The notes below the pieces were generated by a model. The model saw only the letters and a program-made list of their open reading frames with translations. It was not told the origin of the DNA and searched no databases. Both the position numbers and the translations under genes were made by a program. A stretch of 64,000 nucleotides of DNA from an uncultured virus (IMG/VR IMGVR_UViG_3300028840_003366) (taxonomy: Duplodnaviria; Heunggongvirae; Uroviricota; Caudoviricetes), in the IMG/VR virus record IMGVR_UViG_3300028840_003366; one strand, given 5' to 3'. This document shows, piece after piece, positions 8,838 through 17,836 of the stretch (position 1 is its first letter; every line of letters starts with the position of its first letter).

Positions 8838-9458
8838 TCACTTGGTCACGTAGCCTTTGTCTGTTTTTTCGATCTTCATGCCACGTTCTTTGTTCAAACG
8901 ACCAGGAACCTGTACTCTAATCGTGGCAAGCATTGAGTCAGCATTCCGGTCAGGAAACTTCTTGACCAATTTCTCATGAATCTGTTCAAGAGACATTGGG
9001 CGCTTTGCGCTTGCAAGAATTTCAGCAATCGTAGCAATAACACCAGCGCCCCGGTGCTTTGTCTTTTTAGAAGACTTCTTTTGTACAGGAGCCTTCTTTT
9101 CCTTCTTGCCTTTGCTCTTGGATGTCTTCTTGTTTTTCTTCGGAGCAGTTTTCTCTTCCTCTTCTTCTTCCTCTTCCTCTTCTTCTTCCTCTTCCTCTTC
9201 TTCTTCCTCTTCCTCTTCAATGTCGGCAAGATCATCTTCAGTAGGCTCATCAGCACTTTCATCCTCAAAGTCAAGTTCATACCCTATTGCTGTCAGAACC
9301 TTGACTTCAGCCTTCGTGATCTCGATATCCTCAGGAAGACCATCCTTCTCAATCTTCCTCTCCAACTTCTGCTTCGCCCGTTCCAGACTGATCTTTGACG
9401 TGTACTTCACGCCCAGTTTCTCCAGCAGACTCAAAACCACCTTTCTCTCATCAGCCAT
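8838..9458 (-). CDS. Protein with poly-Glu tract, Lys-rich linker and C-terminal winged HTH (HARE-HTH-like)
   Basis: About 22 consecutive Glu, then a K-rich segment, then IAEILASAKRPMSLEQIHEKL. Confidence 0.6.
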   Translation of the reverse strand: MADERKVVLSLLEKLGVKYTSKISLERAKQKLERKIEKDGLPEDIEITKAEVKVLTAIGYELDFEDESADEPTEDDLADIEEEEEEEEEEEEEEEEEEEEEEKTAPKKNKKTSKSKGKKEKKAPVQKKSSKKTKHRGAGVIATIAEILASAKRPMSLEQIHEKLVKKFPDRNADSMLATIRVQVPGRLNKERGMKIEKTDKGYVTK

Positions 9459-9521
9459 TTTCTATCTCCTTTTTCAAAAGAATGGCTTGCAACAAACTCA
9501 ATGAACAACTAACTATTGTCT

Positions 9522-9534
9522 TATTATAAGTTTT
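9522..9534 (-). promoter_or_regulatory. Putative -10 element AAAACTTATAATA (similar sites at 52791-52802 and 63832-63844)
   Basis: TATAAT preceded by an A-tract, in intergenic gaps upstream of minus-strand operons. Confidence 0.5.
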
Positions 9535-9549
9535 GGATGACAAAATAGG

Positions 9550-9801
9550 TCAACTTTCTTGGAAAATGTTAGGTCTTTTTCTACGCCTGATTTTTAATCT
9601 CTTTGAATCAGTTACTCTATCCGGTGTTTGATGCTTTTTTTCTCTTTTCCACTTTTCTCTTTTTTGATACAGTTTTTCAGCCAGATAATCAACATTATCC
9701 ATTTCATCAACCCATTTGGTACATGAGGAAACAGCCCTGATATGTCTGGGGATTTTCCCTTCTGTGACAAGCTGCTTGACAAAATCTCTGACAGTTCTCA
9801 T
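9550..9801 (-). CDS. Hypothetical protein
   Basis: 83-aa ORF coupled (ATGA) to the upstream ORF. Confidence 0.55.
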   Translation of the reverse strand: MRTVRDFVKQLVTEGKIPRHIRAVSSCTKWVDEMDNVDYLAEKLYQKREKWKREKKHQTPDRVTDSKRLKIRRRKRPNIFQES

Positions 9802-9983
9802 CCTATCTTCCTTAACAGAAATGAATGTTTATCTTCCTCCAGTTTGTAATGGCTACAGATTTTCCCGGAATTTCTGAGGCAGTTTTCAGATAACAAATAC
9901 AAATCAATTTTGATCTTTGCTCCACATTCTTCACACTCGAATATGATCCGCTCAAACTTCTTATCAATCTCAATATCCGGCAT
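9798..9983 (-). CDS. Small Cys-containing hypothetical protein
   Basis: ATG at 9983 with AAGGAG upstream; CEECG motif. Confidence 0.55.
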   Translation of the reverse strand: MPDIEIDKKFERIIFECEECGAKIKIDLYLLSENCLRNSGKICSHYKLEEDKHSFLLRKIG

Positions 9984-10130
9984 GTTTTTCTCCTTCCAAC
10001 GGAAAATGGGGGGTATGAATTTATAAATAACATGCTCTAGGACGCTCAAAATGGTGCCTTAAAACGCAAAACTTTCAAAATAGGTATAAAGAGACGTATT
10101 GAAGAATGAAACGCTCTTAAAACGTCTGTT

Positions 10131-11558
10131 TTAGAATTCACGATAATACCCACAACAGTAGGCCCGTCCCAGTTCCAAACACTGGCCGACATGGAGACAT
10201 TGATAGATGGAAAATGGAGCTTCACGAAGCACTATCCAATTCAGCCTCATGACTCCGCTCTTCTTTTCCTGTGGATTTTGATTCAGTCCAAGCATCCCGG
10301 TCACGTGAGCCAGCTTGCGTTTATCCTCACTGAAATTCCTGGGTGTCAATATCTCCTGATCATAACTGGCCGCATCAGCCTGAGTGGGAGCAATGACAAG
10401 ACAATGCTTCTCCTGACTCAGCCGTCTCAGAGCTTTCCAGGTTTCATTGATCTTGTCTCTGGCTGAGTAGTTTGCTGTCCCTGGTTCCTCTGCGAGAATA
10501 TCAGCATAGTCAATGATAATGACATCCGGTACAAAATCATCTTCCATTTCCCACGTGTTGAGAATCCCGAATATACCGGACACATTGATGGATGAACTAG
10601 CATGAGTACTCAACCTGAAGAATGTCTTTTCAGGAGAGATTCCAAAACGTCTCATGAATTTCTGTCTTGCAATCCTGCTTCCCTTTTCTGATACTGTCTT
10701 TTTATGAAATTCTGTTTTGTATTTCACTTTGGTGTTGTTACCGATTTGTTTTATCCTGACCGGTACTTTGATTCTGCCCAGATATTTTTTGAATATAGGT
10801 TTTCTCTCGAAACGGGAGCCCATCCGTTTGATCTGCTGGGACTGACTCATGTCACCAACTTCAAACAGAGCAACCTTCCTTCTGCTCATCAATGCCCTGA
10901 TGGCGAATTCCATACACCAATATGATTTCCCTCGTTTCTCTGGTGCAAGCATTCCAAGTAGGTTATCACGGGAAAGAATGCTGGCAAAGAAAGAATTGAT
11001 ATGAGGTGGTCCTAGTGTGAATAATGGTTCAGCTGCTTTGCTAAACGCTTCTTTCCATGCCTCATTGTCTTTGAATACGTCTATACCTGCTCCCATTCCC
11101 AGATTGACATGGCGAAAAGAACTGACAACATCATTGGCCGTGGCATTATCCTGTTCTATCAAGGCAGTATCAAGATTATCCCTGAAGTGTTCCAGATTTC
11201 GCATTTGAAAATATTCTGCAGCCTGATCAACCAGATATGGGATATTGCTTATCTTTTCTGTTTCACGCTCATATTGATCAGACAGCTTTTCCAGAATGAT
11301 GTGAACGGCTTCAACAGTTTCCTCTCTGGCTTTCCCTTTTTCAACCCAGGAATGATAGAGCGTTTCAATATGGTGGTGAGGAGCTTCATGATATTTTCTG
11401 TAGTACTTGACACACCACTGGGCTATCTTTTTGAAATGGTCTGCTGTGAAAAAATTCAAATCCAGGGATGTAATCACTTTTGCAAGGAACTCTTTTGAGA
11501 TAATCATGGCGGTGATGATTTTCTCTTCGATTTTGGAATCGGCTTTCTTTCGTTTCAC
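10131..11558 (-). CDS. DnaB-like (SF4) replicative helicase
   Basis: Walker A APEKRGKS, IIIDYADIL, LRRLSQE..CLVIAPTQ. Confidence 0.85.
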   Translation of the reverse strand: MKRKKADSKIEEKIITAMIISKEFLAKVITSLDLNFFTADHFKKIAQWCVKYYRKYHEAPHHHIETLYHSWVEKGKAREETVEAVHIILEKLSDQYERETEKISNIPYLVDQAAEYFQMRNLEHFRDNLDTALIEQDNATANDVVSSFRHVNLGMGAGIDVFKDNEAWKEAFSKAAEPLFTLGPPHINSFFASILSRDNLLGMLAPEKRGKSYWCMEFAIRALMSRRKVALFEVGDMSQSQQIKRMGSRFERKPIFKKYLGRIKVPVRIKQIGNNTKVKYKTEFHKKTVSEKGSRIARQKFMRRFGISPEKTFFRLSTHASSSINVSGIFGILNTWEMEDDFVPDVIIIDYADILAEEPGTANYSARDKINETWKALRRLSQEKHCLVIAPTQADAASYDQEILTPRNFSEDKRKLAHVTGMLGLNQNPQEKKSGVMRLNWIVLREAPFSIYQCLHVGQCLELGRAYCCGYYREF

Positions 11559-12397
11559 TGGACGAATTCCTCAATGATCTTTTTATTCGGGTCGGTTTTA
11601 TCATTGGTCATTCTCATCATGCACTGCTCAATATCAAAAAATTTATGGCAAAAGCCTGACATGGAGTTTGACTGAGGTACAAACTTGGGGAGATATTTTC
11701 TATTGTATGGATTATTTTTATTGAATTGGGAACAATACCATAATAGAACTTTTTTTACTCTGGATTTATCTAATTTTTCTTTTTTTATAAAATTTTCTAG
11801 CTTTCTTGCCCAAGATTTTGATGATGGTGTTTCTGATCTTTTGATAAGAGTAGATTTGATAAATTTTTTGGATAATTTTTCACACATGGATTGTTTGTTT
11901 TTGTTTGCTTTACTTTCTTTTCCTTTACTTTCCTTTACTTTATGTGATTTAACTGAGTTAATGCAACCATTATCTGAGTTAATGCAACCATTATCTGAGT
12001 TAATGTTTGTATTAACTATCAAATACTCTTTTATGAGGTTAATTTCTTTTCTTCTTTCAATTGCTTTTATATATCTTTTTTGAATACCATTCGATGTCAG
12101 AATGCCATATTTTTTGTATTTATCCTTGCTGAAAAAATCTCTTTTTAATAACTCATTAACCACATCATTTACCAGATCAAAAGTAGTGTTTTTTCCATTT
12201 CTTCTAGCAAACAGGAAACATTCATCTTCACCCCATTTTAGATAATATCCATTTCGATATATTCTTAGAAGCAATTTGATGATAATGAGTTCTCCTAATT
12301 CACCATATTTTGCAGATATGAATTCTACCTTTTCATCTTCAAAGAAATCAATATCAATATTGATATAATCTAATCCAGCTTTGGTTGGTCTTGCCAT
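11555..12397 (-). CDS. Replication initiator-like protein (DUF4373-type N-terminus)
   Basis: MARPTKAGLDY...DFFEDEK...ILTSNGIQKRY; ESKGKESK linker; internal tandem repeats. Confidence 0.75.
   Translation of the reverse strand: MARPTKAGLDYINIDIDFFEDEKVEFISAKYGELGELIIIKLLLRIYRNGYYLKWGEDECFLFARRNGKNTTFDLVNDVVNELLKRDFFSKDKYKKYGILTSNGIQKRYIKAIERRKEINLIKEYLIVNTNINSDNGCINSDNGCINSVKSHKVKESKGKESKANKNKQSMCEKLSKKFIKSTLIKRSETPSSKSWARKLENFIKKEKLDKSRVKKVLLWYCSQFNKNNPYNRKYLPKFVPQSNSMSGFCHKFFDIEQCMMRMTNDKTDPNKKIIEEFVQ
11953..12005. repeat. 21-bp tandem repeat, 2.5 copies (CTGAGTTAATGCAACCATTAT), iteron-like
   Basis: Two exact copies plus an 11-bp partial copy; encodes INSDNGC repeats. Confidence 0.85.
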
Positions 12398-12789
12398 TAT
12401 ATACTCATCAAATTCTTTAAATATTTTTTGTTTTTCATTCCGATGCGATAAAGAATTGTCAGTACGTTTTCATCCTTTAATGCTTTTGAAATTATTTGTA
12501 AATCAGAAGAAAAATACCCATGTTGTCTTATGATGTTTTGAATATCTTGAAGATATCTTCTTGATTTTATTTTTTCTTCTTCATGGCATGTTTCACAAAG
12601 AGTTATTAGTTGATGATCTTCATATTCCCAAGGTTTTTTATTTTTATCATACCATGTGTGATGAATGTGTAAGGTTGTTTTTTCATCACAACAGAGGCGA
12701 CAAGCCCACTCATCTCTTTCAAGAATTTCTAACCGTTTCTTTTGCCAACGAGGATCTTTGAATAATTCAATATAATTTTGTCCATCCAT
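12397..12789 (-). CDS. HNH endonuclease family protein
   Basis: DPRWQKKRLEILERD, CRLC, LHIHH, LITLCETCH. Confidence 0.85.
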   Translation of the reverse strand: MDGQNYIELFKDPRWQKKRLEILERDEWACRLCCDEKTTLHIHHTWYDKNKKPWEYEDHQLITLCETCHEEEKIKSRRYLQDIQNIIRQHGYFSSDLQIISKALKDENVLTILYRIGMKNKKYLKNLMSI

Positions 12790-12801
12790 AAAATCATCCC
12801 A

Positions 12802-12942
12802 AAAATAAAAACCCTTTGTGGCTTGTCTCAGCAGAGAGCACCCGAAGATGTTCCTGCAGCCACAAAGGGTTATTGTTGTTTGTCATTAGAGTACCCTCTA
12901 CTGAGACATTCATAGTATATACTCAAATATTTCAAACTTCAA
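12802..12942 (-). promoter_or_regulatory. Sigma70-type promoter with structured leader and terminator
   Basis: TTGAAG(12942-12937)-17bp-TATACT(12919-12914); two interleaved helices; U-rich tail. Confidence 0.65.
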
Positions 12943-12962
12943 GCAAAAAATAAAAATTTTAT

Positions 12963-13856
12963 TCAAAAGCCCAATTCCTTCATTATCTTGTTTGCTTCGT
13001 CTTGATTCAAATCACCAGGATCAGTTTTTAACCCTGAGATGATTTCAGTTTCACCAGGAAAAGGAGCCAGCCAAGCAGCCAGTTTTTCAGCTTGTTTTTG
13101 GGCCTCCTTTTCCGGGTCAAACATGATAAATCTATGAGAAACATTTTTCAATATGAATGCTTGCTCCTCTTTCCAATTGATTCCAAGAACAGCAACAGCA
13201 CCAGGCCCCATTCTCCAGACATCACTTGGACCTTCCACAATCAAAACACGGTCTTTGATTTTCTGAATTCCATACAATAGCTTTTTCGGTTCTTCAGACA
13301 TCTCTTCATTGTGAGAGATTTTCCATTTTGGTTTTGTTTCTGGATTGATTGCTCTTCCGATATAGGCTACAATTTGCCAAGAGACGTTAAAAATGGGTGT
13401 TATAACACGCCATGACCAAGAACCTGATAATCCCTTAGTTCCTGATAAACTCCATTCCTGGGCCAATTTTGAAGGTATAAAACCCCTTTTTTTCAGGTAT
13501 TGCCTATGAATCTTTGAAAGAGATTCCATGTGAAGTGGTTTCTTTGCTTTCTTTCTTCGTGGCCGCTGTTCTTTTTTTGGAAGGATGATTCTGTCGTGAT
13601 TATACAATCGGAGAATTTGTCCGACAGAAACTCCCCGGTGCTTCAGGGTAATAAAAAGAAATTGAGTAATGTGATGGGAACCACATCTCCAGCAATTCAT
13701 GTTCCCGTGTTCGATATTGAATCCTAGGTGCCAGCCATCGGTCCCATCCGTGCAGAAAGGACAATGAACTTGAATCCATCCCTCATGGCAATGATGATGA
13801 CCACTCTCAAGGAATGGAATATTGAAGTCTTTGCAGAGCCTTGTGAAGTCTAGCAT
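12963..13856 (-). CDS. DNA primase (zinc finger plus TOPRIM)
   Basis: CPFC...CWRCG; IVEGPSD, MFDPE, KTDPGD. Confidence 0.88.
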   Translation of the reverse strand: MLDFTRLCKDFNIPFLESGHHHCHEGWIQVHCPFCTDGTDGWHLGFNIEHGNMNCWRCGSHHITQFLFITLKHRGVSVGQILRLYNHDRIILPKKEQRPRRKKAKKPLHMESLSKIHRQYLKKRGFIPSKLAQEWSLSGTKGLSGSWSWRVITPIFNVSWQIVAYIGRAINPETKPKWKISHNEEMSEEPKKLLYGIQKIKDRVLIVEGPSDVWRMGPGAVAVLGINWKEEQAFILKNVSHRFIMFDPEKEAQKQAEKLAAWLAPFPGETEIISGLKTDPGDLNQDEANKIMKELGF

Positions 13857-13857
13857 T

Positions 13858-14010
13858 TTATTTTGAGAATTTGGTCATAAAATCTATAATAGCATCCCTC
13901 ATTGTGATCTTGAGTAGAGCGCATCGAGCCTTGAATTTGTTTTTCAATTCCAAGGGTACGTTCCAGATTAACAATTCACATTCATCCTTCTTTTTCCGTT
14001 CTGCAGTCAA
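13858..14010 (-). CDS. Ribbon-helix-helix (CopG/Arc/ParG-like) DNA-binding protein, 50 aa
   Basis: Read manually: TTG overlapping the helicase stop; LLIWNVPLELKNKFKARCALLKITMRDAIIDFM. Confidence 0.65.
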   Translation of the reverse strand: MTAERKKKDECELLIWNVPLELKNKFKARCALLKITMRDAIIDFMTKFSK

Positions 14011-16373
14011 TTCTTTTCTCCTTTTTCTATGAGCTGAATTACTTTTGAAATATCCACTAATGATTTCCTATGGGATTTACCATCAATGATTTGGTCAATC
14101 ACTTCTCTCTTTTTTTCAATAACATCCCACACATATTGATCCACAGTATTTCGTCCTAGGATATAATAGACATTTACTTTATTATACTTTTGACCGATTC
14201 GATTCACTCTATCCTCTGCTTGATTGTGTTCGCTTGGAGTCCATCCTAATTCAATGAAGAGCACGCTTCGGGCAGCAGTTAAAGTGATTGATTCCTTGTC
14301 TGCTCTGATAGTTCCTATGAACAATCTACACTTGTCATTAGATTGAAATTTGTTCACTTCGTTTTGTCTTTTCTTTCCTGATTTCCCTCCAATTGCAGCT
14401 ATCCTTTTATACTGTGTAATCAATGTTTGGAATATTTCTTGATGATAAACAAAGATCACTAGTTTTTCATCAGTGGAGAAAAGAAAATTGTCAATCCATT
14501 CACATGCTTGAGACAGTTTGCCTTTGGCTGTTAATTGTTTTAGCTGGCCTAGCTTGACCAGCGCTTGAGCTTTCTTTGCTCTCTTCGCCGCCACGGTTCC
14601 TGCTTTGTTTTTGTACCATTGAAGGAAAGAGACTGTAGCCTTGTGATATTCAGCTTGATTGTCTATGTCTACAGACATTATTGTCCTTTGTTTTTCTGGC
14701 AGCTGTTTTAATACTTCTTTTTTCATCCTGCGAAGGAATAGAGGCTCGATTCGTTCTCTCAATTCATCCAGATGACTGGCTCCACTAAAATCCCATCCTT
14801 TGCCAGCCCATCCTCTTTTTGGATCACAATATCTGAAAGCAAATTTCCAGAAGCTAGAGAATTCTTTTGGACATATCATGTTGAGTATAGGAAAAAATTC
14901 AACAGGCCTATTGATGATAGGAGTGCCACTCATAGCGATTATGTGTCTGCTTTTCTTGGCAAGTTCTTTGCAGACTCTTGTCCGTTTTGCTCTCAAGTTT
15001 TTTACATAATGACAATTATGAACTAAAAAATCATTTACATAGTATGATGGATGTCCAGAAACTTGTAAATTGTAAACAGTGTGTTGGGAAGGTTTTCCAT
15101 TATTTCTTGGTTTGTAAATCTCAATCCTTTCCACCCTAATTTCATCAATAGATTTTTTTTCTTTTTGTCTTTTGCAATTATATGTGGCTGTTTGTGTGAC
15201 CAACCGTCTACTTCTATCCAAATCTTTTTTTCTAAAAGAGCTATATCTACTTTGTAACATGTAGGATAGCCAGATTTTCTTTTTTGTTTTGTTCGGATTG
15301 CATGCTCTATTTTCCATGGAGAGCCTAATGCCGCCCATAAAATTCTTTGTGGCTGTGAAAATTCTTTTCCATTGCCTCCTTTTGCTTGTATTTTTGATAA
15401 AGGATGACCATATTTTTTCCAATGTGCTTTGATCTTTTTTTTCACTTCTGGTTTGGAAGATGGATTGTTTTCTTTCATTCTTTTTGAAGAAGCTTTGGCG
15501 ATATGTGGATTGTCTTTGTGCATCTTTATTGCACGAGCAGAACGGACTTCGTGGGTTTGATTTTTGTAAATCTTTCTTTTGATATGTGGTTGACTCATTC
15601 TCCATTTCGCTGAGCAAGAGCAACCGCAAAATCTTTGTGTTTTTCTTTTTGGATTGAATTTCTTTTGGCACCATTGGCATTTGATCATTTTTCTTTTTCT
15701 CTCTTAATATAGTGTCTTCATTCATTATATTAAGAACATCTGTAGAAGTCAAAAGAATTTTTTGATAAAGATTTTTTGCTTTTATCCATCCTTCAGATGT
15801 AAAGAAAGGATGATTAGGGGTTGTTTGTATTTTTGTTCCATTACTTAAATGAAGTTCTATTAAGTTAGAAATTCTTTTGTTTGTCTTTTTTACAATTCCT
15901 ATACCAAAAGCATTTAGGACAGAATCTCCTAGTTTTATTTTTTCAATAGGAATATAACCTGAAGGGGTTTTTATAGGAGTGCCTGTAGGAAAACACTCAT
16001 CTGTGATCAATACTTTGGGTTGAATGCCTAGAAGTTTTTCTTTCCAATAAGCCAAAATATCATAGTTGATGATGACAATGGGCTCAGTAACAGGTTCAGG
16101 ATTTCTGCTGTTTAATATTTGATATCTCATATGAGTGTGCTGTTCAATCTGATCAGCCCAATTATATTTGGAGCTGGCTGGACAAACAATAATAACAGGG
16201 CGTTTGCTTGGATTAACAGCTAACCAACCTAGCGCTTGAATTGTTTTCCCAAGACCCATATCATCCCCCAGGAGAGCCCGTCCTTTTGTTTGTTTGAAGA
16301 ACAGCATCCCTCTACGCTGAAAAGGATATGGTTTTGTTTTCAGGACTTTTTTGAGTCTCTTTTTTAGAGACAT
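14007..16373 (-). CDS. SNF2/HARP-like SF2 helicase, intein-containing
   Basis: DDMGLGKT, VCPAS, DE|CH (motif II split by intein), MSGTPIINRP, QAEDRVNRIGQ. Confidence 0.93.
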   Translation of the reverse strand: MSLKKRLKKVLKTKPYPFQRRGMLFFKQTKGRALLGDDMGLGKTIQALGWLAVNPSKRPVIIVCPASSKYNWADQIEQHTHMRYQILNSRNPEPVTEPIVIINYDILAYWKEKLLGIQPKVLITDECFPTGTPIKTPSGYIPIEKIKLGDSVLNAFGIGIVKKTNKRISNLIELHLSNGTKIQTTPNHPFFTSEGWIKAKNLYQKILLTSTDVLNIMNEDTILREKKKNDQMPMVPKEIQSKKKNTKILRLLLLSEMENESTTYQKKDLQKSNPRSPFCSCNKDAQRQSTYRQSFFKKNERKQSIFQTRSEKKDQSTLEKIWSSFIKNTSKRRQWKRIFTATKNFMGGIRLSMENRACNPNKTKKKIWLSYMLQSRYSSFRKKDLDRSRRLVTQTATYNCKRQKEKKSIDEIRVERIEIYKPRNNGKPSQHTVYNLQVSGHPSYYVNDFLVHNCHYVKNLRAKRTRVCKELAKKSRHIIAMSGTPIINRPVEFFPILNMICPKEFSSFWKFAFRYCDPKRGWAGKGWDFSGASHLDELRERIEPLFLRRMKKEVLKQLPEKQRTIMSVDIDNQAEYHKATVSFLQWYKNKAGTVAAKRAKKAQALVKLGQLKQLTAKGKLSQACEWIDNFLFSTDEKLVIFVYHQEIFQTLITQYKRIAAIGGKSGKKRQNEVNKFQSNDKCRLFIGTIRADKESITLTAARSVLFIELGWTPSEHNQAEDRVNRIGQKYNKVNVYYILGRNTVDQYVWDVIEKKREVIDQIIDGKSHRKSLVDISKVIQLIEKGEKN
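15015..15995 (-). mobile_element. Intein (327 aa) inserted in the helicase DECH motif
   Basis: Starts CFPTGT, block B TTPNHPF, ends VYNLQV...LVHN followed by Cys+1. Confidence 0.93.
15035..15688 (-). CDS. Zn-finger plus Vsr/DUF559-like endonuclease nested in the +1 frame of the intein
   Basis: CQWC..FCGCSC, basic linker, YKVDIA..KIWIEVDGWSH, DKKK..L..LGWKGLRFTN. Confidence 0.87.
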   Translation of the reverse strand: MIKCQWCQKKFNPKRKTQRFCGCSCSAKWRMSQPHIKRKIYKNQTHEVRSARAIKMHKDNPHIAKASSKRMKENNPSSKPEVKKKIKAHWKKYGHPLSKIQAKGGNGKEFSQPQRILWAALGSPWKIEHAIRTKQKRKSGYPTCYKVDIALLEKKIWIEVDGWSHKQPHIIAKDKKKKNLLMKLGWKGLRFTNQEIMENLPNTLFTIYKFLDIHHTM

Positions 16374-16888
16374 TGCCTGATCTCTGCAAAGGATTTTTCA
16401 ATTCTGATTTCATCCCAATCCATTGCATCAATCATATAATTTCGTATGGCTTTCTTGGAGAGTTTTGGGCAGTTGGGTTTGACGGTCTCATATAATTCTT
16501 CAGGAGCTTCAAAGATGATTTTCACTAGCTGTTGGGTTTCTTCTGACAACTCATTGAGAAAATTTTTGAACCAGTTGGGTTTTGTCTCTTGCTCTACAAA
16601 TGTTGGGTTATCTGATTCATGAGGAATTTCTCTTTCCGGTTTACAATAATTCCAGGTATGAAAGTAAGCACAGTTGTAGACATGAGTACAGAGGCCTCCT
16701 CTTTTTGGATTCCATTCTTGGATTCTTGTCAGCACGTGATACATTGCTTCTGCATACAATTCATCAAATGGTTTGTTGAATTTTTTGCTCATAGTATGAG
16801 CTATCTTCATGATCATCTTGTTATATCTGCGGTAGATTCGGTCAGGTGTAGGAAAGCAATTTGTGGTGGGTTTCATTGGTTCCTCCAT
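16364..16888 (-). CDS. Sigma-factor-like protein (region 2-like)
   Basis: YNKMIMKIAH...FDELYAEA...WNPKRGGLCTHVY resembles sigma70 region 2. Confidence 0.65.
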   Translation of the reverse strand: MEEPMKPTTNCFPTPDRIYRRYNKMIMKIAHTMSKKFNKPFDELYAEAMYHVLTRIQEWNPKRGGLCTHVYNCAYFHTWNYCKPEREIPHESDNPTFVEQETKPNWFKNFLNELSEETQQLVKIIFEAPEELYETVKPNCPKLSKKAIRNYMIDAMDWDEIRIEKSFAEIRQCL

Positions 16889-16959
16889 TAGGATGAAGAA
16901 GAAAGGAAAGGTATAGAAGTATAATTCAAAAATTTTGAAAATAAAGAGAAAAATAAAAA

Positions 16960-17133
16960 TTATTTTTTAATGAAATGAGCAGACAAAAACAGCTCATGAT
17001 TGGAACACTGATCAACAATTTTTAGGATGAATTCATCAGGCTTGTTCTTGGGGTCCACAGGGTCGAACGTGAGAACTCCTGCCTGAATTCTTTTCATCAT
17101 CTTTTCGTCACAGATTATGGTCACGTTATACAT
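16960..17133 (-). CDS. Small hypothetical early protein
   Basis: Read manually: MYNVTIICDEKMMKRIQAG..., GGAG upstream. Confidence 0.5.
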   Translation of the reverse strand: MYNVTIICDEKMMKRIQAGVLTFDPVDPKNKPDEFILKIVDQCSNHELFLSAHFIKK

Positions 17134-17136
17134 CTT

Positions 17137-17379
17137 CTACTCCTCCACTTTTGTTTGGGTTGATTTCTTGTATGCCGTGAAGCTCATTCCACTAGTATGA
17201 TAATCATCACGGAAATCACGCAATATGCCATATGGCAATATCTCGCCGTCCTTATTGATGTATTGATATTGATCGTTTATATGCGCTCCAAAATACTTCA
17301 AGGCAAAATCTTCTTCAGACATCCATTTAGACATTTTGCAGCATTGACCGTTTGGATTCCCACATATTCTGCATGCCAT
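17137..17379 (-). CDS. Hypothetical early protein
   Basis: 80-aa ORF with GGAGG upstream. Confidence 0.55.
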   Translation of the reverse strand: MACRICGNPNGQCCKMSKWMSEEDFALKYFGAHINDQYQYINKDGEILPYGILRDFRDDYHTSGMSFTAYKKSTQTKVEE

Positions 17380-17382
17380 TGC

Positions 17383-17718
17383 TCAGCCCTCCAGGTTAAT
17401 TGTCTGTATTTGTGCAGCCGTAGCCTCGCGATGCATGTACCGTCCGTGACGGTACACAACCCGTTTCCAACCACTCTGCGTGTGATGACGCGCCGCGTGA
17501 TCACGTATCAGTACCGTGCCTCCGGCGAGAACATGTGCCCGTTCTGCCGCTGTCAACCGCGACACCCATTTGTACGGATCACTGCTGCGCCCGTGGATTT
17601 CGCCCGTCGTGGAAAATATGATCTTGTTCATTTTTTCTACCTCTTCAAAAGTGTATACTCGGTTCGACATATTAACAACATCTTTTTTGATATTCATCTT
17701 TATTTCCTTTATATACAA
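17383..17718 (-). CDS. Hypothetical early protein (GC-richer than neighbours; true start may be downstream)
   Basis: 111-aa ORF in the early cluster. Confidence 0.5.
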   Translation of the reverse strand: MYIKEIKMNIKKDVVNMSNRVYTFEEVEKMNKIIFSTTGEIHGRSSDPYKWVSRLTAAERAHVLAGGTVLIRDHAARHHTQSGWKRVVYRHGRYMHREATAAQIQTINLEG

Positions 17719-17836
17719 AGATTATCAATAGTATTAAAAATAATATCTTCTGCTTTGGCCGTTGCATCGTTCCAGGCCACTTCCATTTCCTCTTCGTTCA
17801 TTCCTTCAATAACCATCTCCTCAAAAATGATTTCGG

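Noticed and set aside
8894..9504. Poly-Ser, poly-Phe and Lys/Arg ORFs overlapping the acidic protein (likewise 61726-62541)
   Set aside because: Shadow frames of GAA/GAG/GAT low-complexity tracts
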